DNA of 64,000 bases, from contig JACQBQ010000010.1 in NCBI GenBank assembly GCA_016201905.1, forward strand, positions 69,184 to 133,183. Direction: 5' to 3'. The position numbers and the translations under genes are program-made. This document shows positions 60,860 to 64,000 of the stretch, piece by piece (the first letter of the stretch is position 1; each line of letters starts with the position of its first letter). This stretch comes from Candidatus Melainabacteria bacterium. Lineage in GTDB: Bacteria; Cyanobacteriota; Vampirovibrionia; 2-02-FULL-35-15. Below the pieces are notes generated by a model. The model was not told the DNA's origin, searched no databases, and worked only from the letters and a program-made list of their open reading frames with translations.

Positions 60860-63766
60860 CTATACTTCTACTTCCTCTTCTGAGTTTTCTTCTTGTGGTT
60901 CTTGTGGTTCTATCTGAGCATGCATGAGTAAAACCACTACATCCCGTTTTATATCTATCAGTAATTGTTCAAACATATCAAAGGCTTCTCTTTTGTATTC
61001 CATAAGTGGATCTTTTTGTCCATATCCTCTAAGGTGTATACCTTCGCGAAGAGCATCCATATTATGAAGATGTTCTACCCATTTATTGTCTATAACATGC
61101 AGCATTACCTGCCTTTCAATTTCTTTTATATTTTCTTTACCGAGAGCATTTGCCTTCTCTAAATAAATTTTTTCTACTACTTCACTTAAAGTTTCTCTTA
61201 TTTCTTCAAATGATTGGTTGTTTAAATCATTTAAAGTCAGAACTTTTACTATACCTGGTATTTCACTTGTCATTGCTTTGTAAAAGTTCGGCAGTGCTTC
61301 GTCAATCCAACTTTCCTGAGGTGTTGCAGGATTTATGTGAGAATAAAGAACATTGTCCAGATATATTTTCAGCATTTCAATTACTGAATCACTAATATCT
61401 GCTCCTTCTAATATTTTTCTTCTCTCACGGTAAATTACTTCTCTTTGCGTATTCATTACATCGTCATACTGAAGAACATGTTTTCTTAAGTCAAAGTTAT
61501 GTGCCTCAACTCTTTTTTGCGCACTTTCAACTGCTGTTGTTACCATTTTTGCTTCTATCGGTAAATCTTCTTCAGCCTTTAAGAATGTCATCACGTTTGA
61601 GATCTTGTCTCCACCAAATATTCTCATTAAATTATCTTCTAGTGAAAGGAAAAAATTTGTTGAACCAGGATCGCCCTGTCTTGCTGCACGACCACGTAAC
61701 TGATGATCTATTCTTCTTGCTTCATGTCTTTCTGTCCCAATTATATGTAAACCACCAGCCTCTATAACCTTTTCATGCTCTGCATCACATTCTTGTTTAA
61801 ATTTTTGAATTAGTTCTTTCATTTTTTCTTTATATTCTGCACTATTTTCATCCAGCTTAAACTTTGCAATAGCTTCTTTAGCTAAGTACTCTGGATTTCC
61901 ACCAAGAATAATATCTGTTCCACGACCAGCCATATTTGTCGCAATGGTTACCGTACCGAGCCTTCCTGCTTGAGCTACGATATATGCTTCTTTTTCATGA
62001 TTCTTTGCATTTAAAACATTATGAGAAATTCTATTTCTTATAGCTTCAACAACAATAACAGATTTTTCCAGCGCATCCAGAGCAAACTCTAATTCACCAC
62101 CGCCATGCTTTTCCTTCATTTGAAGCAGTAATGGTTTCAAATCATTGTCTTTTAGGTTTCCTGGTCTATCTAAAAGTTTCAGCAGCTTTTCCGTGTATTC
62201 ATTTTCTATTTTTTTATCTTTTAAAAGTTTTAAGACCCTGTTGGCTTTTTCTTGCATTACTTTTGTCATTGCCTGTGGCTTGGCAAGCAATTCAGAAATC
62301 AGCTCTGATTTTTCTATACTGGTCGTACCTACAAGTACTGGTCTACCAATAAGACTTGCTTCAACAATTTCTTCTATAACAGAGTAAAACTTATATTTTT
62401 CCGTTCTATAAACCTGATCGTCATAATCTTTTCTAATATTTTTTTTATTTGTAGGCATGCATACTACATCAAGGTTATATATTTTTCTAAACTCATCTCT
62501 TTCAGTAAGTGCTGTACCAGTCATACCACTTAGCTTTGGATAAAGTCTGAATAGATTTTGAAAGGTTATACTTGCAAGTGTTAGAGTCTCTTCCTGAATT
62601 GGAACAGACTCTTTTGCTTCAACAGCCTGGTGTAACCCATCGCTCCAGCGCCTGCCCATCATAAGCCTTCCAGTGAATTCATCCACTATTACAACTTCAG
62701 GTTTATTATTTGCTTCGGGGTTTGGTTTTATCACATAATCAATATCTTTTTTAAATAATTCTTTTGCTTTTAGTCCCTGTAGAAGATGATGTGCAAGATT
62801 CCACTTCATATCCCAGAGATCATCCACGTTTAATAATTTCTCTGCATTGTTAATTCCCTTGTCTGTTAAGATTACGTTTTTTGCTTTTTCATCTACCCAG
62901 TAATCACAATTTTGATCATCCTTGTCTTTTCCTTTTTTTAACCTTGTGGAAAGGTTAGCCATTGTTATATAAATTTCCCTTTGTCCCTCTGCTGGCATAC
63001 CTGAAATAATAAGCGGTGTTCTTGCTTCATCTATTAAAATACTATCTACTTCATCTACTATGGCATAAAAATAATCTCTTTGAGCACAGTTTTTTAAATT
63101 TGATTCCATGTTATCTCTCAGATAATCAAACCCAAATTCATTATTAGTCCCATAAGTAATATCAGCTCTATAAGCATGAAACTTTTCAGATTTTTTTTGA
63201 TGTGGCACAACAACTCCAACATCCATACCAAGGAATTTATAGATTCTACCCATCCATTCTGCATCTCGCTTTGCAAGGTAATCATTTACTGTAACCACAT
63301 GTACCCCTCTGCCACTAAGAGCATTTAAGTAAACCGGCAAAGTAGCTACCAGGGTTTTCCCCTCGCCAGTTTTCATCTCTGCAATTTTTCCCTGATGAAG
63401 TGTGATTCCGCCTACGAGCTGAACATCAAAATGCCTCATGTTCAATACTCTTTTTGAAACTTCCCTTACCGCAGCAAAGGCTTCAGGCAGGATTTGCTCT
63501 AATATTTCATATGTTGCTTTATCTTTCGTATTTCTAATGATTCCGGGAATCTTAGGAGTTTCTTCAGAAACTAAAGGAGTACTCACCACATCTTTTATCT
63601 TATTTTCAATTATATTTTTAAAATGAGGCGTTTTTGCTTTTAATTCATCATCGCTAAGCTTATTAAACTCAGCCTCTAAGTTATTTATTTTTTCAACAAT
63701 TGGTTGAATAGCCTTTACTTTTGCTTCATTGTTTTCTCCAAATAGTTTTTCCAAAAGTTTAATCAT
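60860..63766 (-). CDS. secA: Preprotein translocase ATPase SecA
   Basis: 968 aa with DEAD-motor motifs (MKTGEGKTLVA, LIDEARTPLIISG) and full-length SecA architecture. Confidence 0.95.
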   Translation of the reverse strand: MIKLLEKLFGENNEAKVKAIQPIVEKINNLEAEFNKLSDDELKAKTPHFKNIIENKIKDVVSTPLVSEETPKIPGIIRNTKDKATYEILEQILPEAFAAVREVSKRVLNMRHFDVQLVGGITLHQGKIAEMKTGEGKTLVATLPVYLNALSGRGVHVVTVNDYLAKRDAEWMGRIYKFLGMDVGVVVPHQKKSEKFHAYRADITYGTNNEFGFDYLRDNMESNLKNCAQRDYFYAIVDEVDSILIDEARTPLIISGMPAEGQREIYITMANLSTRLKKGKDKDDQNCDYWVDEKAKNVILTDKGINNAEKLLNVDDLWDMKWNLAHHLLQGLKAKELFKKDIDYVIKPNPEANNKPEVVIVDEFTGRLMMGRRWSDGLHQAVEAKESVPIQEETLTLASITFQNLFRLYPKLSGMTGTALTERDEFRKIYNLDVVCMPTNKKNIRKDYDDQVYRTEKYKFYSVIEEIVEASLIGRPVLVGTTSIEKSELISELLAKPQAMTKVMQEKANRVLKLLKDKKIENEYTEKLLKLLDRPGNLKDNDLKPLLLQMKEKHGGGELEFALDALEKSVIVVEAIRNRISHNVLNAKNHEKEAYIVAQAGRLGTVTIATNMAGRGTDIILGGNPEYLAKEAIAKFKLDENSAEYKEKMKELIQKFKQECDAEHEKVIEAGGLHIIGTERHEARRIDHQLRGRAARQGDPGSTNFFLSLEDNLMRIFGGDKISNVMTFLKAEEDLPIEAKMVTTAVESAQKRVEAHNFDLRKHVLQYDDVMNTQREVIYRERRKILEGADISDSVIEMLKIYLDNVLYSHINPATPQESWIDEALPNFYKAMTSEIPGIVKVLTLNDLNNQSFEEIRETLSEVVEKIYLEKANALGKENIKEIERQVMLHVIDNKWVEHLHNMDALREGIHLRGYGQKDPLMEYKREAFDMFEQLLIDIKRDVVVLLMHAQIEPQEPQEENSEEEVEV

Positions 63767-63884
63767 AAATATATTTCTATGTTATCCTAAATTACGATAT
63801 CATATGATATGCCAGAGTATAGTAATGTAATATCCTGAATACCCAGAAAAACAGTACAGTTGAACTTGTAATATTTCTAGCAAA

Positions 63885-64000
63885 ATGACTACATTGATTA
63901 AATCAATTAATGATATTAAAAATGTACTTGCAAAATCTGATAGATCTGTAGGTTTGGTTCCAACAATGGGGGCTTTACATGCTGGACATATTTCTCTTAT
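63885..64000 (+). CDS. panC: Pantoate--beta-alanine ligase, N-terminal part (continues beyond the window)
   Basis: MTTLIKSINDIKNVLAKSDRSVGLVPTMGALHAGHISL carries the PanC PTMGxLHxGH motif. Confidence 0.6.
   Translation, partial: MTTLIKSINDIKNVLAKSDRSVGLVPTMGALHAGHISL

Noticed and set aside
60965-63626. Multiple small plus-strand ORFs inside secA
   Set aside because: They are antisense to SecA, which is conserved over its entire length.

Overview
This is a low-GC (about 30 percent) bacterial chromosomal window with three parts. Positions 1-11.2 kb carry housekeeping genes. A partial 2-oxoacid:ferredoxin oxidoreductase gamma subunit is followed by a complete SUF iron-sulfur cluster operon on the minus strand (Rrf2 regulator-sufC-sufB-sufD-Rieske ferredoxin-sufS-sufU-sufT). 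Next to it are a divergent A-type carrier (IscA/SufA-like), a Grx4/BolA pair, an MBL-fold hydrolase and two secreted hypothetical proteins. Positions 11.4-24.7 kb hold a lasso-peptide-like RiPP gene cluster on the minus strand. It encodes an ABC exporter, a PF14907-like nucleotidyltransferase fused to a SAM methyltransferase, an HPr-kinase-like kinase, an asparagine-synthetase-like cyclase, five tandem prolyl-4-hydroxylase-like 2OG/Fe(II) oxygenases each fused to a PqqD-like RRE domain, a TPR protein with an arginase-fold-like metal site, and a standalone PqqD/RRE protein. I found an unannotated 51-aa ORF (15862..16017, minus) whose product matches the lasso leader motif YxxPxLx3Gx5Tx and ends in an Arg-rich 14-aa core (G1...E8). 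No B2 leader peptidase is visible. Positions 24.7-44.9 kb hold an array of eight paralogous roughly 560-aa polytopic membrane proteins (GT-C/PMT-ArnT-like, with an (Y/F)xDI(A/G)D loop motif) interleaved with five SGNH/GDSL-like hydrolase paralogs. One GT-C paralog is split by a roughly 140-bp MITE-like repeat that occurs four times in the window. Positions 45-64 kb are again housekeeping (vWA-FHA protein, tRNA-Ile(GAU), L25/Ctc, glucokinase, TypA/BipA, RmuC-like, PAS-GAF sensor, SecA, PanC start), with several structured intergenic elements.
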